NCBI GenBank assembly: GCA_048887225.1 | Contig: JBHLJY010000001.1 | Span: 64,001 to 128,000, forward strand | Length of the DNA: 64,000 nucleotides | Origin: Candidatus Hodarchaeota archaeon | Lineage (GTDB): Archaea; Asgardarchaeota; Lokiarchaeia; Sigyniarchaeales; SOKP01 | Reading direction: 5' to 3' | In this document: piece by piece, positions 38,720 through 49,046 of the stretch | Layout of the letters: the number at the start of each line of letters is the position of its first letter | How positions within the stretch are numbered: position 1 is the stretch's first letter | Program-made: the position numbers and the translations under genes | The notes under the pieces: generated by a model | Database searches by the model: none | Told to the model about the DNA's origin: nothing | What the model saw: the letters and a program-made list of their open reading frames with translations, nothing else

Positions 38720-39481
38720 ATGCCTATCTATGTTGAAAAAAATTATCCAGTTTTTACCGTAATTATTGATAATCCCGATGTGAAAAATGCAGTCGATGGA
38801 CCAACAGCCCAAGAATTGGGGGATGAGTTCCGAAATTTCGAAAAAGACGAAAATGCATTAGTCGCTGTTTTATGGGGAGCTAATGGAACATTTTGTGCGG
38901 GGGCTAATTTAAAGGCTATCGCTGAAGGACACGGTAATAGGGTAGATTCTAGAGGAGATGGTCCAATGGGACCTTCTAGAATGGTTCTTTCCAAACCGGT
39001 TATTGCGGCAGTGGCAGGATATGCTGTAGCAGGAGGTTTAGAACTTGCTTTATGGTGCGATATGAGGATTGTTGAAAAAAGTGCAATTTTTGGGGTTTTT
39101 TGTCGACGTTTTGGAGTCCCTCTTATTGATGGTGGAACTGTTCGTCTTCCCAGATTAATAGGTCTGAGCAGAGCAATGGATATGATACTTACAGGACGCC
39201 CTATCTCTGCTAAAGAAGCACTCGAATGGGGTCTCGCAAATCGAGTAGTTGAAGATGGTACGTCAAGAGAAAATGCTGAAGAATTGGCTCGAAATATCGC
39301 ATCATTTCCCAAGATTTGTATGCGCAATGATAGATTGTCTGCTTATGAACAATTTGGGATGAATCTTAAGGATGCGATGGCTAATGAATTCGAATGGGGC
39401 TTAAAGACCTTGGCAAGTGGAGAATATTTGATGGGAAGCGATGCTTTTACTCAGGGAAAAGGAAAACATGGAAAATTCTAA
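38720..39481 (+). CDS. Enoyl-CoA hydratase/crotonase family protein
   Basis: FCAGANLK, KPVIAAVAGYAVAGGLELAL, GVPLIDGGT, LTGRPISA. Confidence 0.92.
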   Translation: MPIYVEKNYPVFTVIIDNPDVKNAVDGPTAQELGDEFRNFEKDENALVAVLWGANGTFCAGANLKAIAEGHGNRVDSRGDGPMGPSRMVLSKPVIAAVAGYAVAGGLELALWCDMRIVEKSAIFGVFCRRFGVPLIDGGTVRLPRLIGLSRAMDMILTGRPISAKEALEWGLANRVVEDGTSRENAEELARNIASFPKICMRNDRLSAYEQFGMNLKDAMANEFEWGLKTLASGEYLMGSDAFTQGKGKHGKF

Positions 39482-39512
39482 AAGAAAAATTTTGAAGCTA
39501 AAAGTGATTTCA

Positions 39513-41018
39513 ATGAGCGAAAAGATGAATGTATTATTAATTATATCTGATCAACACCGTGCTGATCATATGAGCTGCGCAGGCAATCCAGATGTAAAAA
39601 CTCCAAATCTTGATGCGCTTGCTAATGATTCTGTGAGATTTACAAGTGCCTTCTGTACCAATCCCATGTGTATGCCTAATAGAGCAACAATATTTACAGG
39701 GCTCTATCCTAATGCACATGGCGTTCGGTCGAATGGTATAAACCTTTCTGATCAATTTCCAACTTTTGTTGCTACTTTAAGAGACAGAGGTTATATTACT
39801 TCAAGTATCGGAAAGATACACCTGCAGTTCTTTGCCCCTCCCTTTAGAATAAGGACAAAATCAGCAGAGGCAATTCACGATTGGCTTGAGAATCCTAAGG
39901 CCATGAAAGAAAACTTCCCTAAACCGTATTATGGTCTCGATAATGTGGAAATTGTGTGCGGGCACGGTGATTTATGCACTGGACATTACACAGACTGGTT
40001 GGAGGAGCGTGCCCCAGAATATCTTGAAAAAATTAAAAGAGGATTTAATAATTTTTTTAGCCTGCCGTTTTATGATACTGATATACCAGAAGAACTATAT
40101 AATACTACATATGTTGAGGAGAGAACGATTAATTTTCTTGAAAAATATGTGAAAGGTGATTTTGGAGATAAACCATTCTTTATGCATTGTTCTTTTCCAG
40201 ATCCTCATCACCCTGTCACTCCTCCAGGAAAGTATAAAGATATGTATGATCCCGAAAAGATTTCAATACCAGAAAGCTTTTATCATAGAGATGAATTAAA
40301 AAATCATCCATATATTGGTCCGGCTTGGAAAAATCCGATTTTTAGAGGAGCATTGCTTCGCTATTCTACAGAGGGGGAGGTGAGAAAATTCCTTGCTGGT
40401 ACTTACGGGATGATTTCTATGATGGATCATAGCATTGGTAAAATCTTAGCTTCTTTAGAGGCACTAGGATTATCCAAGAACACGATTGTTGTTTATACAA
40501 GCGATCACGGAGATTTTTGTGGTGATCATGGAATGATTCTTAAAGGACCTTCACCTTTTAATGGAATATTGCAAGTTCCTATGATTTGGAAGGTGCCAGC
40601 TGTAACCAAACCTTCTACTACTGATGCTTTAATGAGTTCTGTAGACATACCAATGACAATTTTAAAATTGTTAGGAATTAAAGAAAGATATTTTCCTCCA
40701 CAAATGCAAGGTGTTGAGATAACACCCGTGTTAAATGATCCTAATATAGATGTTCGGGATTCTTGTTTAGTAGAACACGACGAAGATGTAAAATCTTCTA
40801 TAACCAGGTTAAGACATCTAATAACTAAAGACCACAAGTTAACTCTCTATCAAAATCTGGAAAGTTATGGTGATATTTATGATAGAAAAAACGATCCTCA
40901 TGAGTTGAATAATTTATGGGATAAAGATAAAGAACTTAGAAATAAGTTAATTTATAAATTATGCATGGAAAATATTAAAGCTCAGAGCCATTTACCACAG
41001 AGAGTATCTCTAACATAA
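39513..41018 (+). CDS. Formylglycine-dependent sulfatase-like hydrolase
   Basis: SDQHR, CMPNRA (CxPxR), GKIH, DPHHP, TSDHG, DPHELNNL; ATG at 39513 preferred. Confidence 0.9.
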   Translation: MSEKMNVLLIISDQHRADHMSCAGNPDVKTPNLDALANDSVRFTSAFCTNPMCMPNRATIFTGLYPNAHGVRSNGINLSDQFPTFVATLRDRGYITSSIGKIHLQFFAPPFRIRTKSAEAIHDWLENPKAMKENFPKPYYGLDNVEIVCGHGDLCTGHYTDWLEERAPEYLEKIKRGFNNFFSLPFYDTDIPEELYNTTYVEERTINFLEKYVKGDFGDKPFFMHCSFPDPHHPVTPPGKYKDMYDPEKISIPESFYHRDELKNHPYIGPAWKNPIFRGALLRYSTEGEVRKFLAGTYGMISMMDHSIGKILASLEALGLSKNTIVVYTSDHGDFCGDHGMILKGPSPFNGILQVPMIWKVPAVTKPSTTDALMSSVDIPMTILKLLGIKERYFPPQMQGVEITPVLNDPNIDVRDSCLVEHDEDVKSSITRLRHLITKDHKLTLYQNLESYGDIYDRKNDPHELNNLWDKDKELRNKLIYKLCMENIKAQSHLPQRVSLT

Positions 41019-41068
41019 TTTTTATTTTTTTTTATTTATTCTTAATTATTATAAATCAAGGTGAAATT

Positions 41069-41473
41069 ATGATAACTTTCGAAGAATTAAGAGTGAAAAC
41101 TCCAAAAAGAGAAGTTCTTGTAAATATTACTAGTGAGATTAATGATATTGTAAGAAACAATAATATTAAAGAAGGCGTTTGTCGAATTTTTGTTCCACAT
41201 ACTACCGCGGGAATTACTATCAATGAAAATGCGGACCCAGCTGTAATGAAAGATATAATAAATTATTTGAATAAATTAATACCACAGAGAGAAAGTTATT
41301 CTCATATGGAGGGAAATAGTGATGCGCATATAAAGTCTTCCTTAACTGGCCCCTCTTTAGATGTTATTGTTCACAATGGTAAATTGGTATTAGGAACTTG
41401 GCAAGGTATTATGTTTGCAGAATATGACGGCCCCCGCCATAGAAAAATATATGTACAAGTTCAAGGGGAATAA
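41069..41473 (+). CDS. yjbQ: YjbQ / UPF0047 family protein
   Basis: PHTTAGITINENADP, GNSDAHIKS, LGTWQGI..EYDGPR. Confidence 0.93.
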   Translation: MITFEELRVKTPKREVLVNITSEINDIVRNNNIKEGVCRIFVPHTTAGITINENADPAVMKDIINYLNKLIPQRESYSHMEGNSDAHIKSSLTGPSLDVIVHNGKLVLGTWQGIMFAEYDGPRHRKIYVQVQGE

Positions 41474-41478
41474 AATAA

Positions 41479-42708
41479 TTATTCTGCTAATTGAATACTA
41501 CAAGGAAAAACCGCTACCTTAGGAGAATTGCCATGGACTTTACTTAATTCACCAATTAATTTATCCCAATCATCAAATAATTTCACGGATTTTGGATAGA
41601 AATGATATAAATCAGAATTACTAATATTGGGGGAAAAAAAATAAACTTTTCTTTTCTTTACAAAAGCTCTCCATATAATCACATCACCAAAATTCTTATA
41701 TAATCTTGCACCTGTTTCAGCTATAAGACTATGATACCCACGGCCTTCATATGAGGAAGACATTAATACTATACTACCTTTTCTTTTTAGGATATTAGTA
41801 GGAGCCGTCATTAAAAGGTTAAAGCCTTTAATTGATTGATTTAATTCAGAATCTTCTGGAAATAAATTGAAGAAACAAATATTATTATCGAGAGTTATTT
41901 TGGTACTATACATCTGTTTAGCGGCTTCCATTGCTTTTCTGTGAGCGTTTCTAAAATGACCAGAAAAAATTCCTGCGATCTTTCCAGATTCATTCAATAA
42001 AATGTTAACTGAAAAATCTAAACCTACTTTTTCAGCAATTTCTTCAATATCTTTTCTTATATCTGTTATTCTCCCAATCCCCGCGCCAATTCCTCTAATT
42101 CCAGCAGAATGATTATCTTCAAGAGTACGAATCCCGCAAACTCCTGGCAATACAATTTTTGCTCCGCCTCCAAATCCTGCGAGTGGATGTGGGATAACAC
42201 CTCCTATAGCAATTTTTAAATCAGAATTACAATATGTTGTATTAACCTCTATTCTCGTACCTATTTTAGATTCTCCAAAATTCGTTGTATTTTCATAAGG
42301 ATGATGATTTTCTATTCTTATAGTATCCACTACTTCTCTTCCTAATTTAAGAATACAATCATGTCTATTCATAGGTCGGTGGGCTCCCAATGCCAGAATA
42401 ATGGTTATTTGTTCTCTTGTAATAGTTGCTTTTTCCAATTCTTCAAAAATGAATGGCAAAATTTTTGATACAGGAGTAGTCCTTGTCATATCATCCACCA
42501 CAATTACTACGTTTTCCTTTCCTTTCGCTAATTCTGATAATTTAGATGTATTTATAGGATTAAGAATTGATTCTTTAATTTTATTATCATCTATTTCAGG
42601 TCCACCTTTCATTTTACATAAACTTATGTCCCATGAGTCAGGAAATGACATTTCTAAAAATTCAGGCTCTCGCCACGCTGCCCAAGGGATTTTAAATGTC
42701 TTTACCAT
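41479..42708 (-). CDS. Lactate racemase (LarA) domain protein
   Basis: VDDMTRTTP, ALGAHR, PHPLAGFGGGAKIVLPGV. Confidence 0.87.
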   Translation of the reverse strand: MVKTFKIPWAAWREPEFLEMSFPDSWDISLCKMKGGPEIDDNKIKESILNPINTSKLSELAKGKENVVIVVDDMTRTTPVSKILPFIFEELEKATITREQITIILALGAHRPMNRHDCILKLGREVVDTIRIENHHPYENTTNFGESKIGTRIEVNTTYCNSDLKIAIGGVIPHPLAGFGGGAKIVLPGVCGIRTLEDNHSAGIRGIGAGIGRITDIRKDIEEIAEKVGLDFSVNILLNESGKIAGIFSGHFRNAHRKAMEAAKQMYSTKITLDNNICFFNLFPEDSELNQSIKGFNLLMTAPTNILKRKGSIVLMSSSYEGRGYHSLIAETGARLYKNFGDVIIWRAFVKKRKVYFFSPNISNSDLYHFYPKSVKLFDDWDKLIGELSKVHGNSPKVAVFPCSIQLAE

Positions 42709-42873
42709 GTATCTTCACTTCAATATTTTTAATTTTTATTATTATTATTATTTCAATTCTCATAATTAATTAATTTTTTAAATTTCCCTTAAAATATAAA
42801 AATCATAAAGAATGGAATATTTACTTAAACATCAAATTTCTAAGAAAATATTCCCTATTTTACATTTACTCAA

Positions 42874-43695
42874 ATGATTGATAATATAAAGATTTTTGAT
42901 TCACACATGCATTACATAGGAAAATTTAAAAAAAGGGATGAAACATTAATTGATTTTTTAGACAGATTTGGAATTGATAAAGCAGTTGTTATTACGTTAA
43001 ATAAGGCTGCCAATAAAAATTTGCTAATTAGAAACGATAAAGAATTTAGCGAGAAAGAATATGCTGAGAAAATGTTTGCGAAGACTCAATATGATCACGA
43101 GGAAATTAGAGAACTAATTAAAAAAAATTCAGATAGATTAGTAGGGGTTTATTGGTTTAATCCGAGAATAGCAGATGACGAAGATTGGAAAATATTAAAA
43201 AGGTACATTAAAGACTACAATTTTAAAGGCGTAAAAATTCAGGCCTCGCTTGATAATTTGAAAATTCCAAAAGATTTGTTTCAATTAGCAGAATTTTGTA
43301 TAGATTTCGACTTACCACTATTCTTTCATTTCGGACCATCTTTTTTTTTCCAAGAGCCATTCCACGTTAAAGATGTTTATTCCTTAGTTAAAAAATACAG
43401 AGAGCTTAAATGTGTCGTTTTACATGCAGCATACACTATGGAATATTGTGTCAATTGTTTGAGATATTTTCCTAAGTGTTCTAATGTATATTTTGAAACG
43501 AGTTTATCTGTCCCGTATGGGATAAATATTTTGATTAAAGTCATGGGGAATCACCGGGTATTATATGGTTCCGATTCACCAGCAGCAACTACACCAGACA
43601 TAGAAATTAATAAAATCAGAATTCTTAATTTAGATAATAACACATTAGAAAGTGTATTTTATAACAATATAAGCAATCTTATAGGTGAAACCTAA
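42874..43695 (+). CDS. Amidohydrolase_2 family protein
   Basis: IFDSHMH, GVKI, FHFG, LHA, YFETS, LYGSDSP. Confidence 0.87.
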   Translation: MIDNIKIFDSHMHYIGKFKKRDETLIDFLDRFGIDKAVVITLNKAANKNLLIRNDKEFSEKEYAEKMFAKTQYDHEEIRELIKKNSDRLVGVYWFNPRIADDEDWKILKRYIKDYNFKGVKIQASLDNLKIPKDLFQLAEFCIDFDLPLFFHFGPSFFFQEPFHVKDVYSLVKKYRELKCVVLHAAYTMEYCVNCLRYFPKCSNVYFETSLSVPYGINILIKVMGNHRVLYGSDSPAATTPDIEINKIRILNLDNNTLESVFYNNISNLIGET

Positions 43696-44555
43696 TAAAT
43701 CAATTTAAAATATTTGATTCACATATGCATTCTTATGGCAAGTTCTTAAGTCCTAATAAAGATGTACTAGAATACATGGATAGATATAATGTTGAAAAAG
43801 CAATAATTACAACAGTGAATAGAGTAAAATTTTTTTCAGAAGAAAATAAAGACCAAATGAAAAGAATGTTTGAGAGTAAAAATATATCGGATATTTTAGA
43901 TAATTTCAAAAAAGTTATTTTAAGAGGACAGCTCCCTCATCACGATGTAATAGATATCGCAAATAAAGCACCTGACAGAATTTTTAAACTTTTTTGGTTT
44001 AATCCTAATTTAAAACAAGAAGAGGAAGAATCAAATTATCAAATTTTAGAAAATCATTTTAAACAAGGATTCTGTGGAGTAAAAATTCACCCAATGTTTC
44101 ATATGTTTAAAATCCCTAGAGATATTTTAAAATTGGCCTCTTTTATTCAAGAATATAACAAAAATTTGATATTGTTCGTACATTCTCTACCTAAAGTCTC
44201 ACTACATAGTGGGGTTTCAAGTAAAGATATAGCAAAATTAGCAATAAAGTTTCCTGATTTGCGAATAATTGTTGGGCATGCCGCATATTCAATGGAATAT
44301 AGTATTGATGTAGCCTTTATTTTAAGAAAATTTAAGAATGTTTACTTTGAAACATCTGCTTCAGCATCATATGGGATATATAATATACTTAAAGCAGTTG
44401 GCCATAAACGCATATTATTCGGTTCTGACAGTCCAGTTGTATCTCCAGTTCAGCTTGAAATCGACAAAATATTGACATTGCCAATATCTAATATGGAAAA
44501 ACAAGAGATATTATACAACAATGTAAGTAAGCTACTTGAATTTTGTCGAAAATAA
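43695..44555 (+). CDS. Amidohydrolase_2 family protein (tandem paralog; probable ATA start)
   Basis: In-frame extension INQFKIFDSH upstream of the ORF-track ATG (43725) completes DSHMH; GVKIHP, VGHA, YFETS, FGSDSP. Confidence 0.82.
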   Translation: MNQFKIFDSHMHSYGKFLSPNKDVLEYMDRYNVEKAIITTVNRVKFFSEENKDQMKRMFESKNISDILDNFKKVILRGQLPHHDVIDIANKAPDRIFKLFWFNPNLKQEEEESNYQILENHFKQGFCGVKIHPMFHMFKIPRDILKLASFIQEYNKNLILFVHSLPKVSLHSGVSSKDIAKLAIKFPDLRIIVGHAAYSMEYSIDVAFILRKFKNVYFETSASASYGIYNILKAVGHKRILFGSDSPVVSPVQLEIDKILTLPISNMEKQEILYNNVSKLLEFCRK

Positions 44556-44713
44556 TTTTATTATTAACCAATTAATTTTTATTGGTTTTTTAATTAATTT
44601 TTGCAATCATTATTATTGATTAAACTTCTTATTTTCATTTTAATAATAAAATAATTAAAGTATGTAAATCCTTTTTATTATTAAATAATTAAAAATTATT
44701 TTATGTTGATTAA

Positions 44714-45250
44714 GTGGAATTTAATAAATCGAATCACAAGATATTAGAAATTTCTAAAGTAGACGACAAAATCATAAAAAAGTTAATCGATAATTTGAAA
44801 TTGGATTTATCTGATAACTTTTTTATTTCCTTTGAAAGTCTAATAAAGCTAGGAAAAAAGGCTGAATCTGCATTAGAAACCGTTATTCATGAAATAGACG
44901 ATCATCATCAATTTAAAAAAGAAATATTTAATCTACTTCTGAATTTTATTAAAAACAACGAAATTGAAAATCCTTTATTACTTAAATTATATCATCCTGA
45001 TTTTATTGTTCGAGCAAATGCTCTAGTGCAAATTGAAAAAAATGACGCTTTAAAAAATCTTAATTTCATTTTGCCATTAATATCAGATCCAGATGATTCT
45101 GTGCGTTGGGCAGTTATGAGATTACTAGATTCACTTAATCAATCAGAAAATCAAAATCAAATTATTTTTAAAAAATTAAAAAAGCAAGTAGAGATTGAAC
45201 CAAATCCAGTAATTCAAAAAAAAATTAAAAAGATATTAAAAATAGCATAA
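44714..45250 (+). CDS. HEAT-repeat protein
   Basis: LYHPDFIVRANALVQI, ISDPDDSVRWAVMRLL, EPNPVIQ. Confidence 0.75.
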   Translation: MEFNKSNHKILEISKVDDKIIKKLIDNLKLDLSDNFFISFESLIKLGKKAESALETVIHEIDDHHQFKKEIFNLLLNFIKNNEIENPLLLKLYHPDFIVRANALVQIEKNDALKNLNFILPLISDPDDSVRWAVMRLLDSLNQSENQNQIIFKKLKKQVEIEPNPVIQKKIKKILKIA

Positions 45251-45273
45251 GAGTTTTTAAGATATTCTTTTAT

Positions 45274-46296
45274 TTAGAAAAGATTTTCAACAAATCTAAA
45301 TGCAAATCCCTTTAGAACTGGCTTTAAATCATTAACCCAAGCAGCTCCATCTAACTCTTTTATTTTATGAATAGATCTGAATTCTGTTAACACATTTGAA
45401 ATTAATTTTTTCAAGACATCTAAAGAGCTAGGTTTTCTCATTTGTTCAGTTAATCCTGAGTTTATGTAATCTGCTAGAGATTGAATTAAAATATCCTTGA
45501 ATTCTTCATATTTATAAAATTTACCAAATCTAAAATATGAATGTAAAAATTGTGAAACAGCGTTTTCAATTTCGATTGATCTAATTTTCTTTTTATCGAA
45601 ACAATATGTTTTAATCAATCTTTCTAATAATGATCCATTAAATTCAAAGACTATTTTCTTTTTAGGAGCAAAATATTGTGTCGGCGTTAAGTCCTTCATT
45701 TGTTTTTCTTCTTTTCTAGATGATAATACTCCCTCATAATCTTTTTTAATAATTTCTGACAAGCCAGCGCGTAGTGTCATTATTTTTGTATCTATTCTCT
45801 CATTTTCTTTAAATATTGTTGGAACCTTATTCTTATGCTTTTCTAAGATTTGAGAAACATTAAAGTCCTTAGCTTCAAAAGTTGCGAAAAATATATCGTA
45901 AAGCGTACTAATCTCATATTCTTTAATATTATTTTTAAGCAATTTCCTCATATAATTATCATAATTAAGGAAAAAGAGAAATATACAATCGTCAACCGCT
46001 AAGTTAAAATTAGAATATTGTGCTCTTATAAGATATTTCTTGTATTCCAAGCGAATTTTTTGAGCTCGGATCCATTCGAATGCAAAATCAAGTATTTTTT
46101 TTTCTATTTTTCCTTTATAATGATTAAGAATACTGGCTATTTCATCTATAGATTCTCCAATTGATTGATTATTTAGGAATTTTGCAATAATCTTTAGTGG
46201 ATCTAAAAAAGAAAATTGATTTTTAATTCTTTCATAGTAATTATATAAACGTGCCTTATCAATCTTGTAAACTTGTTCAAATTTGATTTCTTCCAT
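45274..46296 (-). CDS. Hypothetical alpha-helical protein
   Basis: 340-aa ORF directly downstream of 46324..47364. Confidence 0.7.
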   Translation of the reverse strand: MEEIKFEQVYKIDKARLYNYYERIKNQFSFLDPLKIIAKFLNNQSIGESIDEIASILNHYKGKIEKKILDFAFEWIRAQKIRLEYKKYLIRAQYSNFNLAVDDCIFLFFLNYDNYMRKLLKNNIKEYEISTLYDIFFATFEAKDFNVSQILEKHKNKVPTIFKENERIDTKIMTLRAGLSEIIKKDYEGVLSSRKEEKQMKDLTPTQYFAPKKKIVFEFNGSLLERLIKTYCFDKKKIRSIEIENAVSQFLHSYFRFGKFYKYEEFKDILIQSLADYINSGLTEQMRKPSSLDVLKKLISNVLTEFRSIHKIKELDGAAWVNDLKPVLKGFAFRFVENLF

Positions 46297-46323
46297 ATCT
46301 TCTTTCTTTACAATAATCTTAAA

Positions 46324-47364
46324 TTAATCTATAATATCAAGGCATGACTTAATTTTATTTAGATCCTCATCTGAAGATGTACACCATTTTTCATTGGAGA
46401 GCCGTGGATTAAGATTATGAATTAATTCAATAGGATTTTTATGCTCGTCTAAAATAAATCTTAAATTTCTTTTATAAAATGATAAATTATTATTATTATC
46501 AGTAAACTCATTTTCAGGAATTAAAATACCTCCATAACTTTTTTTTACACTATTTTCGACTGAATATTCTTCTAAATAAATCATGTGTTTATCTTGTTGA
46601 CTTAATTTTATCGTTCTAACATTAGGATAAACTGTAGTCATGTTAAATAATTTTAAAGTCTCGTTTATTAGATTTTCATAATAATCTGGAATAATTGCAG
46701 TAATATAATAAGAAGGAGTATAAGATAAAAGTTGTTTTCTTAAAAGATCATCTTTATCAAAAGTAAAAAGATGAGAAATTTTTGACCCATCATCATTTAT
46801 TATTCTTTCTATTACTCCAACGCAATAGTACTTTTGTTGTTCTTCCCAGTACATTTTTCTTGTAGCACCTAGCGAATATTCAATTAGATTAAGTCCACGT
46901 TCCAATTCCTTTTTAATAAAATCTTTGAAATTAAAATCTCCTCCTAATAGACTCTCATTTACGATTCTACCTTGGATGATACTAGGGTGAATATATTCAA
47001 CTAATTTAGTATGTAATAATTTGACATCTTCAGTATGAGGAGAACCAATTAAAGCGGAGAGATGAGTAGGCAACCCATCTTCGGAAATAATTGTAGAATT
47101 AAGATTGAAGAAAGATTGAATAATATCAACATCCATTAATATATCTTGGTGTAAAGATAAAGTAGATTCTATAAATTCAATTTTCCAATTGGCTCCAGAG
47201 GTGCTGGCTGAAGTTAAAAATAATGGCCCTAAATATTTATATGAAGTCATTTTTAAATTTGAAATTGCATCTTCGGATAATCCCTCTGAAAATTTAATAT
47301 TGTCGAAAACTAAATTATTTTCGTCAGAAAAAAACAATCCTAGGATAAATTCTGAGTTTTTCAT
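46324..47364 (-). CDS. Hypothetical protein
   Basis: 346-aa ORF, no motif recognised. Confidence 0.7.
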   Translation of the reverse strand: MKNSEFILGLFFSDENNLVFDNIKFSEGLSEDAISNLKMTSYKYLGPLFLTSASTSGANWKIEFIESTLSLHQDILMDVDIIQSFFNLNSTIISEDGLPTHLSALIGSPHTEDVKLLHTKLVEYIHPSIIQGRIVNESLLGGDFNFKDFIKKELERGLNLIEYSLGATRKMYWEEQQKYYCVGVIERIINDDGSKISHLFTFDKDDLLRKQLLSYTPSYYITAIIPDYYENLINETLKLFNMTTVYPNVRTIKLSQQDKHMIYLEEYSVENSVKKSYGGILIPENEFTDNNNNLSFYKRNLRFILDEHKNPIELIHNLNPRLSNEKWCTSSDEDLNKIKSCLDIID

Positions 47365-47608
47365 AAGCTAGTAAGAAAGTTTTATTTTTAGCGGCATTAA
47401 GTCCGTTTATTAGACAAATCCTAGACAAATAATAAAATATAAATTTATAAGTTTTAGGTTTTCAAAAATTTTCGTTCCTTTCTGTCAAATGATAATTTTT
47501 TTTAGTTTTTTACAATAATTATTCTTTTTCACAATAAAAATTAATTCAATAGGTAATTATGAGAACTTATGAGTATTAATATTAATTGTTATAAAATGTT
47601 TTATTGCA

Positions 47609-48436
47609 ATGATTAAATTAGCTATAAATCAAAATTCGTGCAAAAATCTTTCATTGTTAAGATTTATTAAATTTTCAAAAGATTTTAAGGGAGTAGAATT
47701 AAATTTTAAAGAGATTAAAAAAGAGGTCTCTGAAAATGTTAAATTAAAAGACATTTTAGAAACCTTAGAAAGATACAATCTTAAAGTATATAGCATTTTT
47801 AGTCTAAAGGATTTTTCATTATGCTCAGAAAGAGATTTTAAAATTAAAATCCTTAGTAATTTAATCCAAATGTTTAATTTCTGTCATAAATTAGAATCAG
47901 AGTTAATAATTGTCAATCCTTCTAAACTTGAATTTTCCTTAGAATCTGACATAGTACCAAAATGGAGAGTTATTAATAAAACAAGAAAAAGACTTGAAGA
48001 AATTTTAAAAAAAGCAAATAGTGAAGATATTAATATAGGCTTTGAATTTTTATCTGATAGTTCAATATCAACCTTAAGCGATGCTAAAGAAGTTTTAGAA
48101 CCTTTTGAATCGCATGAAAATTTAGGGTATATTATAGATTTATTCCATGTAGTTAAAAGTGGATCAGATCATAATCAGCTTAAAATTATTAAAGATTTTA
48201 TCTTTTTAATTCAATTATGTGATTTAGAATACGATAAAGAAAACATAACAGATACATCCAGCTCTTTAGTAAAAAGAGTTTTCCCAGGAGAAGGTTATTA
48301 TGAATTAAAAGATTTTATAAAATTTTCTCAAAAAATAGGGTATCTCAAAACATATTCTCTAGAATTATCGAAATATGAATGTTCAGATAATTTATATAAA
48401 AAATTGCATATTTATTATCTAAACAATATTCAATAG
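47609..48436 (+). CDS. Sugar-phosphate isomerase/epimerase (xylose-isomerase-like TIM barrel)
   Basis: GVEL, GFEFL, IIDLFH, QLCD, RVFPGEG, SLEL. Confidence 0.78.
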   Translation: MIKLAINQNSCKNLSLLRFIKFSKDFKGVELNFKEIKKEVSENVKLKDILETLERYNLKVYSIFSLKDFSLCSERDFKIKILSNLIQMFNFCHKLESELIIVNPSKLEFSLESDIVPKWRVINKTRKRLEEILKKANSEDINIGFEFLSDSSISTLSDAKEVLEPFESHENLGYIIDLFHVVKSGSDHNQLKIIKDFIFLIQLCDLEYDKENITDTSSSLVKRVFPGEGYYELKDFIKFSQKIGYLKTYSLELSKYECSDNLYKKLHIYYLNNIQ

Positions 48437-48502
48437 CTTAAGATTATATTATAAAATTCCTATTATATCATAATAACCAATTAAATAGTTTTATGATCTT
48501 TA

Positions 48503-49027
48503 ATGACTACTTATGACTATACGTTTAAGATCTTGTTGTTAGGCGATGCTTCAGTGGGAAAAACTTCGTTCACTAAGAGGTATTGCTATAATGTCTTCAA
48601 TCCTAGCGAACGTTTGACGATAGGAGTCGATTTTCACGTAAAAACCATCGAGTTGCATAATAAAAAAATAAAATTACAAATTTGGGACGTTGGTGGAGAA
48701 GAGCGTTTTAGATTCCTGCTACCTACGTATTGCCTTGGCGCGAACGCGGCGTTTCTGTTGTATGATATTACGAGAGCTCCCACTTTAGATAATATACCAG
48801 AATGGACTTCTATAGTAAGGGAAAAGGGAGGCTCAATCCCTATTATGTTAGTTGGTTCAAAAGTCGATCTTGCTGAATCTCAGCGGGAAATTCCTACAGA
48901 ACATGGTGTTCAAATTGCCGAGAAAAATAATTTTTCTGATTTTGTCGAGATTTCAGCAAAAGAAAATCTTAACGTTAACAATGCCTTTAAAGATCTAACT
49001 GAGTTTACTATTCAAAATATGAAATAA
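48503..49027 (+). CDS. Rab-like small GTPase
   Basis: YDYTFKILLLGDASVGKTS, TIGVDF, KLQIWDVGGEERFR, LYDIT, GSKVD, EISAK. Confidence 0.93.
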   Translation: MTTYDYTFKILLLGDASVGKTSFTKRYCYNVFNPSERLTIGVDFHVKTIELHNKKIKLQIWDVGGEERFRFLLPTYCLGANAAFLLYDITRAPTLDNIPEWTSIVREKGGSIPIMLVGSKVDLAESQREIPTEHGVQIAEKNNFSDFVEISAKENLNVNNAFKDLTEFTIQNMK

Positions 49028-49046
49028 AAAATAAATAGATTATTCT

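Noticed and set aside
38743-39327. 194-aa minus-strand ORF and other short ORFs overlapping well-supported genes
   Set aside because: Shadow ORFs with no recognisable motifs.
47411-47430. Direct repeat TAGACAAAT x2
   Set aside because: Only two short copies in AT-rich DNA; not CRISPR-like and no supporting context.
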